A stretch of 55,610 bases of DNA from a virus (taxonomy: Duplodnaviria > Caudoviricetes), in the IMG/VR virus record IMGVR_UViG_3300032069_000013, positions 1 through 55,610 of that record; one strand, 5' to 3'. The position numbers and the translations under genes are program-made. The notes below the pieces were generated by a model. It saw only the letters and a program-made list of their open reading frames with translations. It was not told where the DNA came from and searched no databases. Positions 25,918 to 35,635 of this stretch are shown piece by piece. Each line of letters opens with the position of its first letter. The first letter of the stretch is position 1.

Positions 25918-26641
25918 ACTAGAAATATTAGACCCAATGCTTAAAGCTAGATGGGGAAAATTGCGCAGTCTCCCTGCTGTGACTGCTCATGTATTGATAA
26001 AGCAAAGAAAGGCCGTAAAAATAAAAACAGAGTCGGCAAAGACTAAAGAAAACTCTTTACAAAAAGAAAGTTTTACATATAACAATAATATTCCGGTGTT
26101 CATTCCCTGGGCTGATGATAAAAATATAGGAAAAAGTTACAACAAAATAATGAATATTATCGACGAGTGGGTGCTTTTTATAGACCATGACATTCTTTTA
26201 GTAAATCCTTTATGGCATACTATTTGTAAACGAGCTATTGATAAGGTAGGTAAAAATGCCGGATGGATTACATGTTTTACAAATAGAATATACTGTAAAG
26301 CTCAATTATATTCCGGTGCGGATAATGCAAGTGATGACATACGTTATCACAGAGACATTGCCAGAAGTATCTATATTAAAAACGAAAGAAAAATACTGGA
26401 TATTTCTAATAGAAAAGAACAATTATCCGGTTTTTTTATTTTGACAAATAAAGAAGCATGGAAAAAGGCAGGCGGATTCAAAAAAGAAGGATTTTTTACT
26501 GTAGACAATCAATACTCGACTGATTTAAAAAGGGCTGGCTATAAATTATATCTTATGGCCGATCTTTATGTATACCATTCATATTTCAGAGATTCTGTAA
26601 ATAACTCTTTTGAAAGGAGCGTTCGATGCGAGCGAGATTAA
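25892..26641 (+). CDS. GT-A (family 2-like) glycosyltransferase
   Basis: IGKSYN, WVLFIDHD, SGFFIL..KEAWKKAGGF, VDN, YVYH. Confidence 0.75.
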   Translation: MVEKINFIELEILDPMLKARWGKLRSLPAVTAHVLIKQRKAVKIKTESAKTKENSLQKESFTYNNNIPVFIPWADDKNIGKSYNKIMNIIDEWVLFIDHDILLVNPLWHTICKRAIDKVGKNAGWITCFTNRIYCKAQLYSGADNASDDIRYHRDIARSIYIKNERKILDISNRKEQLSGFFILTNKEAWKKAGGFKKEGFFTVDNQYSTDLKRAGYKLYLMADLYVYHSYFRDSVNNSFERSVRCERD

Positions 26642-26868
26642 AGGAAGATATGGAATTACTGGTTGGATCGGGTACGATAAGAAATAAAGAAAAAAGAACT
26701 GTTTTCTTTAATTCTTCTATATCAATTAAACTGGATAAGGGTACTATTTTTGACGTAGAGGAATATGTAAATAACAGTTATCATGTTATTATCAAGTTTA
26801 GTAAAGGCGTAACTTACTTATTTACAGTTACGAAAGATTTATTCACTGAGATTTCCGGCAAGGAATAA
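26626..26868 (+). CDS. Hypothetical protein
   Basis: AAGGAG RBS, 80 aa, in operon. Confidence 0.55.
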   Translation: MRARLKEDMELLVGSGTIRNKEKRTVFFNSSISIKLDKGTIFDVEEYVNNSYHVIIKFSKGVTYLFTVTKDLFTEISGKE

Positions 26869-27800
26869 TGAATACTAAAACTATAGTTTACTTTAAACAT
26901 GGTATCGGTAATCTGATAATGTTTACTCCGGCAATACAGGCTATTGCTAGTATGGATGAGTCAAAACAAGTGGATATTTGTCTTGACTCGGAATGGAATG
27001 ATTATCGTAGACCTGCTTTTGATGATTTTTTCAGTAAATGGAGTCTGATACAGAATATTGTAAACTATCCGAAAGATGACTTTACAAAAGAATATAAAAC
27101 CTGGTTTTATACCGGACATTCCGAACATTCAAAAGCTTTAGATATTTTCAAAGAAAGAAACAGATTGCAGATGATTGATCCTGATTGGTCTTCCGGTATA
27201 CATGAAATTTTCTATTATATGAATATGATAAGTAAATATGGTTATCATGGTTCTTTACCGGATCAGTATATTCCTATAACCGATAAAATCAATATAGATA
27301 AAAATGGAAAATATCTGATAGGAATATGTAATGGCACATATGCCGGAAACATGAAAACCGTTAAGCAGTGGTTTTATTTTAACGAACTCGTAAAGCTTCT
27401 TAAATACTATTACAATTGTCAAGTGGTAAAATTAGGTTATCGAGACGAACTAATGGAAGTAAACACTGATTTTGATTTTGTAAACAAACTCAGTTTAACT
27501 GAAACAGCTTACGTAATAAAACAACTTGATTTATTCATCACGAACGATACAGCCCTAATGCATGTAGGAGATGCTTTACAGACCAATATGATAGTTCTTT
27601 GGGGCGGTTCGATGTGTTCCAAAAACGGAGCCTTAAGCAAAAACGCTTACAATCTGAAATTAAATTTACCTTGTCAGCCGTGCCAACGTACCGGTATGTT
27701 TTATAATTGCAATGATCCGATATGTCTAAATAATCTTACAGTCGGTGATGTAATGGTTATTGTAAAGGACAAGTTGAAAAATGATAGAAGTATCTTTTGA
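26868..27800 (+). CDS. GT9 (heptosyltransferase-like) glycosyltransferase
   Basis: HGIGNLIM.TPAI, KQW..F..L, LSLTETA.VI, ITNDTALMHVGDAL, LPCQPC. Confidence 0.85.
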   Translation: MNTKTIVYFKHGIGNLIMFTPAIQAIASMDESKQVDICLDSEWNDYRRPAFDDFFSKWSLIQNIVNYPKDDFTKEYKTWFYTGHSEHSKALDIFKERNRLQMIDPDWSSGIHEIFYYMNMISKYGYHGSLPDQYIPITDKINIDKNGKYLIGICNGTYAGNMKTVKQWFYFNELVKLLKYYYNCQVVKLGYRDELMEVNTDFDFVNKLSLTETAYVIKQLDLFITNDTALMHVGDALQTNMIVLWGGSMCSKNGALSKNAYNLKLNLPCQPCQRTGMFYNCNDPICLNNLTVGDVMVIVKDKLKNDRSIF

Positions 27801-28539
27801 TGCTTTTTATAAAGAAGTTATTGATGTATTTAAAAATCCTCACCCGTGGGCACATATACGCTATGGTGACGGAGAAGGGATCGTATTAAGTTATCCCGAA
27901 TTTACTAGCAAGCAGAAAAGCGAATCTCGCTGGAAAAAATGGCTCGGAACGGTTCCTTCGGATATGTCTTTTCTTGCAGAGAAAATAAGAGAAAGTATAA
28001 GATACGCTGATATAGTCGGACTTCCCTGCAAAAGACATCAAAATGTAAATCAAGACTGGAGAAACGTAAAGAAATTCATAATATCCAATTATAAACTGCT
28101 TTCCAGCGATAGAAAGGTCTGCTGCATGGATTGGACTGTAGATTTACAACGTAATAATCTATACGATAATCTTTTGAATAATAAGAAAAAGATTTATTAT
28201 GTCTCTTCCAGGGATATGACTTCAATTTTTAAAAATAGATTCAAGATAAAAAATGTAATTGGATTTCATCTTTCTTTACAGCATAATCCAAAAATAGGAG
28301 AAAGTTTGACTGACATTCCTCATTATCCTGTTATGTATAATCAGATCATTAATTTTATCAATACACAAGATATTAAAAATCAGATATTTCTTATAGGAGC
28401 GGGAGGATTAGGAAAAATTTATTGCATGGAAGTGAAAAAGGCCGGGGGCATAGCTTTAGATATTGGTTCTTTGTTTGATGGCTGGAAAGGATATGTAACT
28501 CGATCATATCTAAAAGACGGGCATAATTACAAATTATGA
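27781..28539 (+). CDS. GT-D fold (DUF1792-like) glycosyltransferase
   Basis: IRYGDGEG, LIGAGGLGKIYC, GIALDIGSLFD. Confidence 0.75.
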   Translation: MIEVSFDAFYKEVIDVFKNPHPWAHIRYGDGEGIVLSYPEFTSKQKSESRWKKWLGTVPSDMSFLAEKIRESIRYADIVGLPCKRHQNVNQDWRNVKKFIISNYKLLSSDRKVCCMDWTVDLQRNNLYDNLLNNKKKIYYVSSRDMTSIFKNRFKIKNVIGFHLSLQHNPKIGESLTDIPHYPVMYNQIINFINTQDIKNQIFLIGAGGLGKIYCMEVKKAGGIALDIGSLFDGWKGYVTRSYLKDGHNYKL

Positions 28540-29291
28540 ATACGGTTGATATAAAAACAATCGAATATAAATTGATTGAAGTATTGAAAAATGAAAATCC
28601 TTTTTCTTTACTACGTCTTGGAGACGGAGAGTTTCAGATTCTTAAATATCCTAAATACATAAGTAAAGAAAATTTTTATGATAGATTTGAACGCTGGTTT
28701 GATATATCCGATATAAGTTATCAGGAACTTTTCAATATAAGAAATAGTTTGAACTCGTCTTATTTGCGAGCAAATATTCTCGGTATTCCTTCTCCGGCGG
28801 AACAACGAGGATATTCTAAATGGGTCAATTTCGATAAGTTGATGAATGAGTTTTCTTTACTTGAAGATAAAATCTATTTTGCTAACTATGATATTTGTAA
28901 ATTGAATTTTAAAAGGTTACTGTCTTATGTAAAGAAAATATTTATTATTACTTGTCATGATCTGAGAAAGCAGATAAAAAATACCTTTAATTTAAAAGAC
29001 GTATATTTACTGCAATGTCCACGAGAAAAATTTAATTATCATGACAAGAACTGGAAAAATAAAAATAATACGGTAAATCATTATCATGAGAAATTTACTA
29101 GTATAAATAAATCAATACAAGAAAATATTGAAAGAGGTTCTTTATATCTGGTAGGTGCCGGAGGTTTAGGAAAAATATATTGTAATACAATTAAGAATTG
29201 TCAAGGCATTGCTTTAGATATAGGTTCGGTATTCGATGCTTGGGCAGGTATAGATAGCAGACCGTATTTAAAAAGTATAGCGAAATTATAA
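28536..29291 (+). CDS. GT-D fold glycosyltransferase, paralog of the upstream gene
   Basis: LRLGDGEF, LVGAGGLGKIYC, GIALDIGSVFD. Confidence 0.75.
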   Translation: MNTVDIKTIEYKLIEVLKNENPFSLLRLGDGEFQILKYPKYISKENFYDRFERWFDISDISYQELFNIRNSLNSSYLRANILGIPSPAEQRGYSKWVNFDKLMNEFSLLEDKIYFANYDICKLNFKRLLSYVKKIFIITCHDLRKQIKNTFNLKDVYLLQCPREKFNYHDKNWKNKNNTVNHYHEKFTSINKSIQENIERGSLYLVGAGGLGKIYCNTIKNCQGIALDIGSVFDAWAGIDSRPYLKSIAKL

Positions 29292-29295
29292 CAAT

Positions 29296-30015
29296 ATGAC
29301 TCTGTATGTAAAAATAAATCTGATGTTACCGACTTATCATAGAGTAAAGAATGGTAAGTTAGTAGCTTTTATGGAATCTCTTTATAAGACAGTAAAGGAT
29401 CAATCTAAAATTTGTATTACCTTTCTTATAAATAAAGATGACAAGGAAACAGCGGAATATCTGGATACATTGACAATAGAAAAACAAGTCCTGATAAACG
29501 AGTCCATAGAAAAACCGCATTTAGGAAAATTTTACAACAGAATTTACAATGAAACAAAATTTAACCAGGATAGTACGATAGTTTCCATGCTCGGTGATGA
29601 TATGGAATTTAGAACGTCAGGATGGGAACAAAAAATAATAGACAAAATAAACGAGATACAGGGTATAGGTTTTATTTATTGCAACGACATGAATCAGGAA
29701 AAACGACTTCCGGTTAATCTATTTACAACAAGGAAATTTGTAAAATTAACAAAATACCCATTTATGTGTGAATGGTTCGCAGCGGATTATATAGATACGG
29801 TATGGAAATATGTAGGAGAATACCTGCATTGTGGATATTATCTAACCGATGTTATTATGAAGCATAATCATTATACCGTTACAATGGAAAAACGGGACGT
29901 CACTTCGATTCGTTTACATCAAGTAAAGTTTATAAGAAATAAAGGAAATCGCCTTGTAAAGAATTATGCAAACTGTATTATAAGAAATCTCATGAAAAAG
30001 GGAATGAGGCCATGA
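29296..30015 (+). CDS. GT-A glycosyltransferase-like protein
   Basis: LMLPT..R, MLGDDM.FRT.GW, Y.D, HNH. Confidence 0.65.
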   Translation: MTLYVKINLMLPTYHRVKNGKLVAFMESLYKTVKDQSKICITFLINKDDKETAEYLDTLTIEKQVLINESIEKPHLGKFYNRIYNETKFNQDSTIVSMLGDDMEFRTSGWEQKIIDKINEIQGIGFIYCNDMNQEKRLPVNLFTTRKFVKLTKYPFMCEWFAADYIDTVWKYVGEYLHCGYYLTDVIMKHNHYTVTMEKRDVTSIRLHQVKFIRNKGNRLVKNYANCIIRNLMKKGMRP

Positions 30016-30602
30016 TTAGATGGATAGGTTCAAAATATGGCGGATGGAATATTGATATAGATAAAATTCCTGAAAAAGGCACGATCATTTCTGCAGGATT
30101 AGGCAATGATTTTTCTTTTGAAGAGGAATTAATAAGACTAAAAGGTTGCTTTATTATCGGTATTGATCCGACAAACTTGACTTATAAGACAATGAATAAG
30201 AAAAAATTGAAAAATTTCTGGTTAATCAGAAACGCTTTATATGTCAATAATGGTATTATTTCTATGACAAAAGCCGATACTAACGGAGCTTCTATTTATG
30301 ACAATAAACCTAAAACGAAAGTTGCTTGTATAACTCTGGAAGAGTTGCTCAAAACATATAAAGACATATCGGTTTTAAAAATGAATATCGAAGGAGCAGA
30401 ATATAGTATAATAAATAATTTACATGAATTGAGTATATCACAGGTTTTAATCAGGTTTCATCACAGAAAACCTAATGTTCCTTTTGAATATTCTGATAGT
30501 GTAAACTGTATTAAAAAATTGAAATCTTTCGGATATAAAGCAAACTATATGTCATCTTATAAAGACCCTAAAATAGATTTTGAGGTACTCTTTATCTTAT
30601 GA
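30012..30602 (+). CDS. FkbM-family methyltransferase
   Basis: GSKYGGW, SAGLGNDFSFE, IDPT, LKMNIEGAEY. Confidence 0.8.
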   Translation: MIRWIGSKYGGWNIDIDKIPEKGTIISAGLGNDFSFEEELIRLKGCFIIGIDPTNLTYKTMNKKKLKNFWLIRNALYVNNGIISMTKADTNGASIYDNKPKTKVACITLEELLKTYKDISVLKMNIEGAEYSIINNLHELSISQVLIRFHHRKPNVPFEYSDSVNCIKKLKSFGYKANYMSSYKDPKIDFEVLFIL

Positions 30603-30853
30603 GTTTACGAGAAGTGGCAAAAGTAAGAACGATATGCGAAGTATTGCGTGAGATAAACGATTTACACCAGTTTAATACTTCTATGGATATACAAACAAGA
30701 AAATTATTAAACGAAGCTGAAGATATGGCAAAACGTATGAGTAAGAAACTTATCGAATATAATAAAAATGTATATGCCGGTTGGTGGAAGAAAAATCCGG
30801 ATTATGAAAAAGATTTACAAAAGAGATTAAATAAAAAGTATGTAGTAGGTTAA
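30599..30853 (+). CDS. Hypothetical protein
   Basis: 84 aa, ATGA-coupled. Confidence 0.6.
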   Translation: MSLREVAKVRTICEVLREINDLHQFNTSMDIQTRKLLNEAEDMAKRMSKKLIEYNKNVYAGWWKKNPDYEKDLQKRLNKKYVVG

Positions 30854-30854
30854 T

Positions 30855-32096
30855 ATGATAGTAAATTTCGGAAAAACTACTTCGAGTCACATGCCTATAT
30901 TAATGGAATTAATAAGTCAGTTCCATATAAAATCGGTTATTGAATTTGGGGCTGGTCTTTTTTCCAGTGAGTTGTTTGCTAAAAATTGTGAAAATATAAT
31001 TTCTTATGAGACGCATAAAGAATGGTACGAGTTTATAAAGAAACATCTTTCTGTATATGATAATTTTATTTTACATTATATAGAAACAGATTATTTAGTT
31101 CATCATACGGATCACATATTACCTAAATATGATCTTGCTTTTGTAGATACTCAGAATAAAATCAGAGTGCCATTAATTCAATCTGCTTCCGTATTTGCAG
31201 ATATTATAATATGTCACGATACACAAGTGCCTTTTCTGATTAATGAAACTGTAAACGGATTTTATAAAATTATTTTTACAAAAGCTCCTTATAAACACAA
31301 GAATAAAAGCAGACCTTACACAACGCTCTGGACAAAAAGAGAAGATGTCTATAATTATTTTCTTAATATAAAAGAGGAATCTTTGTATGACAAATATAAA
31401 TTTCCTTATGGAATTTTTTACGAGGAGGTAAAGATGGAAAAACGTATAATCAGTTTTGGTTTATGGGGAACTGATCCTAAATATTTAAAAGGCGCTGTGG
31501 AAAATGCGAAATTACAGCCTGAAATATATCCGGGATGGACGTGTCGTTTTTTTGTAGGTTCCGATGTTCCTTTACAGACAATAAAGGAATTGCGGGCTTT
31601 GAAAAGTGAAATAGTATTGACAAAAAAACCTGGAACATACAAAAAAGCGCGATACTGGAGAATCGGTATTGCTTTCGATAAAACCGTAGATCGCTTTATA
31701 ATCAGAGATTGCGATTCGCGTATTAACGCACGTGAAGCGGCAGCAGTACAGGAATGGATTAATTCTAAAAGACCTGTTCACATTATGCGAGATCATAAAA
31801 GACATACCGCTCCTATCATGGGTGGTATGTGGGGCGCTGTGAAAGGTTTTTTTCCAGAGTTAGAACAGAAATATGATTCATGGACAAGAAGAGTACTTGA
31901 CGGATGGATTCCGTTTCCGAGAATAGGAAAAAAGGACGGAGATCAGGCTTTTCTTGCTCAGGTAATCTGGCCTGTAGTAAAAGATAATCATATAGCGCAT
32001 GATGATCGAAAAACTAAAACCGGAAACGAATTGCCTTTTACTGTAAAGTTAACAGGAAAGGATTTTGTAGGTAAACAATATGATATTCAGGTTTGA
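30855..32096 (+). CDS. Methyltransferase-like domain fused to a GT-like domain
   Basis: VIEFGAG..S, DLAFVD, HDT; then ISFGLWG.DPKY..GA.EN, IRDCDSRI, MRDH..H..PIMGGMWG, DQAFL; internal GAGGAGG RBS before ATG 31434. Confidence 0.7.
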   Translation: MIVNFGKTTSSHMPILMELISQFHIKSVIEFGAGLFSSELFAKNCENIISYETHKEWYEFIKKHLSVYDNFILHYIETDYLVHHTDHILPKYDLAFVDTQNKIRVPLIQSASVFADIIICHDTQVPFLINETVNGFYKIIFTKAPYKHKNKSRPYTTLWTKREDVYNYFLNIKEESLYDKYKFPYGIFYEEVKMEKRIISFGLWGTDPKYLKGAVENAKLQPEIYPGWTCRFFVGSDVPLQTIKELRALKSEIVLTKKPGTYKKARYWRIGIAFDKTVDRFIIRDCDSRINAREAAAVQEWINSKRPVHIMRDHKRHTAPIMGGMWGAVKGFFPELEQKYDSWTRRVLDGWIPFPRIGKKDGDQAFLAQVIWPVVKDNHIAHDDRKTKTGNELPFTVKLTGKDFVGKQYDIQV

Positions 32097-32637
32097 TGAT
32101 ATTAGTGCCAATACCGATTTTAATAAACTAGGTCTTATGATTGACTTTATAAAACCTAAAATAAGTCAGTTATATCTAGGTATCTCTAATCTATGTCATA
32201 CTATCGTAGAAGAAACTGATAACAAGGAAAGAGTTTTTCCTTCATTCTTCAAGACGGCATGCAGTGAAAAAAATTATTATACCGTAAATAAAATGTTGTT
32301 ATCTGAAAAGCTGGCATTGTGGAGATACGCGGAAAAAATAATTTTTGTGAGTCATGGATTAGTGCATATAGATCATACCTTGTTAACAAGAGAACAACAG
32401 GAAATGAGTATTCTTGTGTCAAAATCTTTGATTCCGTCTAATTTTTTCATACCTCCATTCAATAAATTCAATCAGGATACCATATCTATCTGTAAAGAGA
32501 ATAATATTGTGCTACTTGGATTGAATGAAGTCTGGAAAAATGCAGATTTTAATAAATTTGATCCTGAAGTTGAATATTGGTATTGTCATTCCTGGCGCTG
32601 GAAAATTGAAGATTTTGCACAATGGTATATACTATGA
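32080..32637 (+). CDS. Polysaccharide deacetylase-like (DUF2334-like) protein
   Basis: FRFDD, SHGLVH, FIPPFN. Confidence 0.65.
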   Translation: MIFRFDDISANTDFNKLGLMIDFIKPKISQLYLGISNLCHTIVEETDNKERVFPSFFKTACSEKNYYTVNKMLLSEKLALWRYAEKIIFVSHGLVHIDHTLLTREQQEMSILVSKSLIPSNFFIPPFNKFNQDTISICKENNIVLLGLNEVWKNADFNKFDPEVEYWYCHSWRWKIEDFAQWYIL

Positions 32638-33221
32638 AAATAGCTATTCATCAACCTAACTTTTTTCCCTGGTATCCATTTTTTCAGAAAATGATGAGAT
32701 GCGATATTTTTGTTATACTTTCTAACTGTCAATTTGAAAAAAACAATTATCAGAATAGATTTAAGATGCAGGGAAGATACAGGCAATGGAATACTTTAAG
32801 TGTAGCAAATAAGATTGAGAATATTAAAGATAAGTTATATCTGAATCCGATGAATGATTTTGAATTGATAAAAAATAATTTACCTGATTATAAAGAAATC
32901 TTAGAACAATTTCAACATATAATAAATTCTGATAATAGTCAATTATTACTTTTTGTAAATTATTCTATTATTAAAAAGATAAAAGCATTATTAAAAATAG
33001 ATACGGAAATCGGATATGATTTTTTGACTAGTAAAACAGCTACCGAAAGATTGGTTGAACTTTGTAAATTTTATAAATGTGATACTTATTTATCGGGAAT
33101 TGGTGCGGTAAAATATATAAATATGGAAGTATTTAAATATCACGGAATAACCGTAGAATTTCAGGATATAAATGAAATAATCAGAAAACCTATATTAGAG
33201 GTTTTAAAATGTATAGAATAA
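32634..33221 (+). CDS. WbqC-family protein
   Basis: IAIHQPNFFPW..FF.KM..CD.FV, QFEKNNYQNR, TERLV.LC, YLSG.GA..Y. Confidence 0.85.
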   Translation: MKIAIHQPNFFPWYPFFQKMMRCDIFVILSNCQFEKNNYQNRFKMQGRYRQWNTLSVANKIENIKDKLYLNPMNDFELIKNNLPDYKEILEQFQHIINSDNSQLLLFVNYSIIKKIKALLKIDTEIGYDFLTSKTATERLVELCKFYKCDTYLSGIGAVKYINMEVFKYHGITVEFQDINEIIRKPILEVLKCIE

Positions 33222-33955
33222 TTTTAAGCGCAGATGAGAATAAAGATTATATTGAGATGCTGCCGTATGTTTATGCTGGATGGAAAAAGTTTTTTCCTGA
33301 GTTTGAGATTACTATTGCCCGCGTAATCAATACCGATAATTTGTATAATGTAAATAATACTAATATTTTTAATTTACTAAATATATCGTGTTCGGCTAAT
33401 CAGGCAAAATTAGCCAGATTCTATTTAGCTTCACAATATCCTGATGATATTTGTATGATACATGATATAGATTCTATTTGTTTACAAAGAGAATATTATT
33501 TCAGTAGATTGCAAAAAAGAAAAGAAAATAATTTACTTACTATGGGATATGACTTTTATAAAGAGACTAAAAATACTGGTAAATTTCCTATAGGATACAT
33601 GACTGCTGAAGGAAAGATATTCAATGAAATTTTTAATGTAGGAAATAAATCATGGCATGAGTGGATTCACTATATAGCAGATTTAAAGGGTATTTCTGTA
33701 AAGGAAAATATTAAAAATCCTTTTAAAATTTTTTCCGATGAGTCATTAATAAAATTTCTTTTAAAAAACTGGAAAGGAAAAATACAGAATTTACCTTTGG
33801 ATTATGTTTTAAAAGAAGATTGCATCTGCCGCTGGAGAGGAATCAATTTAAAAAAATTACAAGAAAATGGATATATAGAAGCTCATCATTTAATACCTTT
33901 CAGTAAATATAAAGAATATTTTAAAATCATTAAAACATATCTGGATATGATATGA
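33209..33955 (+). CDS. Glycosyltransferase-like protein
   Basis: AKLARF, HDIDS (DxD), FSDE; cluster context. Confidence 0.5.
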   Translation: MYRIILSADENKDYIEMLPYVYAGWKKFFPEFEITIARVINTDNLYNVNNTNIFNLLNISCSANQAKLARFYLASQYPDDICMIHDIDSICLQREYYFSRLQKRKENNLLTMGYDFYKETKNTGKFPIGYMTAEGKIFNEIFNVGNKSWHEWIHYIADLKGISVKENIKNPFKIFSDESLIKFLLKNWKGKIQNLPLDYVLKEDCICRWRGINLKKLQENGYIEAHHLIPFSKYKEYFKIIKTYLDMI

Positions 33956-34191
33956 GAACGCAAGTCCTGGACACTCGAATAAATGTAGAGTACTTAGATA
34001 ACTCAAACAGACAAAAATATACCGAAGGAATCAAAATTTTGAATAAAAATTTTAAACTGATACTGAATACGCCTGTAATAAGGCAGGATTTAAAACGGTG
34101 TTGGGAAACGAGTATATGGGTAACCTAAATTATCCTGTCTAAAAATAGGTTATAATAACGTTTAAAAAAATTATATAACTTGATAAACATT

Positions 34192-35043
34192 ATGAACATT
34201 TTAATAATGCAATCCGCTGGAAAACATAAGAAAAATTCTGATTTCAGGGAATGTCTCTCTTTCCAGAGAGGTCTTTCCTTTTGTGGTGTCAGAAGTGAGG
34301 TCTACGGTCCCGGATATAGATATTTTGGTAAAGTTAATTTTAATGACTACGATACAATTTTATATTTAGAAAATTACTGGAAAAATTACTGGTTTCCTGA
34401 TTTGAGCAGTCATAAAGGATTAAAATTATTCTGGTCAATAGATTCTCATATAGTTTACAGAAGGCATATAGATTTTGTGCGAAGAAATAATATAGACATT
34501 GTATTATGTTCTAATTTAAGAGATACATTAAAATGGGGAAAAAAATCTTTCTGGTTTCCTAATTGCTATGATAATACGTTGATAGATTTCTTTCCAGAGA
34601 TAAAGAAAAAATATGACATCGGTTTTTGTGGAAACTATGTAAATAGAACAAATTATATAAATGAACTGGAAAAGGATTTTAGAATAAAATTAGATATATT
34701 TGTAATAGGTAAATCAATGGTAAATGCCATTAACAGTTATAAAATTCATTGGAATAAATGTTACAGTTATGATCTTAATTATCGTATTTTTGAAACTCTT
34801 GGATGTAAAACATTTTTATTAACCAATGAAAACAGCGATCTTGAAAAATTATTTACCGTAGATAAAGATTTAATTACATACAAAGATTATGAAGATTGCA
34901 AAAAGAAGATAAAATATTATTTACAAAATGAAGCAGAACGGAACAGAATAGCATATAATGGATTTGAAATAGTAAGAAAAAACCATACCTATAAAAGTAG
35001 AGCGGAAAAATTGATCGAAATTATTAAAACAAATTCTAAATAA
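34192..35043 (+). CDS. CgeB / Glyco_trans_1_2-like glycosyltransferase
   Basis: YDIGFCGN, LNYRIFETLGC..FLLT, YYL.NE.ER..IA.NG...V..NHTY..RA. Confidence 0.8.
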   Translation: MNILIMQSAGKHKKNSDFRECLSFQRGLSFCGVRSEVYGPGYRYFGKVNFNDYDTILYLENYWKNYWFPDLSSHKGLKLFWSIDSHIVYRRHIDFVRRNNIDIVLCSNLRDTLKWGKKSFWFPNCYDNTLIDFFPEIKKKYDIGFCGNYVNRTNYINELEKDFRIKLDIFVIGKSMVNAINSYKIHWNKCYSYDLNYRIFETLGCKTFLLTNENSDLEKLFTVDKDLITYKDYEDCKKKIKYYLQNEAERNRIAYNGFEIVRKNHTYKSRAEKLIEIIKTNSK

Positions 35044-35060
35044 TATGAGAGGAGTTATTT

Positions 35061-35444
35061 ATGGGACTTACTTATGAAACTACATTGAGAAATTCTCAAT
35101 GTGACGCTTTTGTTGATTTACTTGACTTGGGTACAATGGAGTTTCACACCGCTGCCGATGCAGAAGTTGCGACTGTTACTTTTGGAAATCCCGCTTTTGG
35201 AAATGCGGGTGCGGTTACTCCCGGAGTAGCTACTGCAAATGCTATTACTAAAGATTCCGATGCTACTGGAAATGCTGCTGCCGTTACAAAAGTAAAGATA
35301 AAAAAAGCAGATACCACTTTGCTTTGTACGGGAACAGTAACAGTAACAGGCGGAGGTGGTGATGCTGAATTGACAAATACTACTATCGTAGCACATGCCG
35401 AAGTATCCATAACTTCAATGACTGTCACTTGTCCTGCTTCATAA
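35061..35444 (+). CDS. Small virion structural protein
   Basis: 127 aa, Thr/Ala/Gly-rich beta protein; GAGGAG RBS. Confidence 0.6.
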   Translation: MGLTYETTLRNSQCDAFVDLLDLGTMEFHTAADAEVATVTFGNPAFGNAGAVTPGVATANAITKDSDATGNAAAVTKVKIKKADTTLLCTGTVTVTGGGGDAELTNTTIVAHAEVSITSMTVTCPAS

Positions 35445-35457
35445 CAGAAAGGAAAAT

Positions 35458-35634
35458 ATGAATAAGATATTAAGATTTGCCGATAAGGATTCTTTGAGAA
35501 AATTTTTCAGAACTACCGAAATTCCTTTACCAAAACTTGAAATTAAGATCGAAGGAGAAGTGAAAAATCCTGGTGATGAAGGATGGAGAGGAATGAGTAA
35601 ACAAGAGCAAATTGAAAAGGGTTTTGTAAAATAG
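35458..35634 (+). CDS. Small hypothetical protein (58 aa)
   Basis: AAGGA RBS; manual translation MNKILRFADKDSLRKFF... Confidence 0.5.
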   Translation: MNKILRFADKDSLRKFFRTTEIPLPKLEIKIEGEVKNPGDEGWRGMSKQEQIEKGFVK

Positions 35635-35635
35635 T

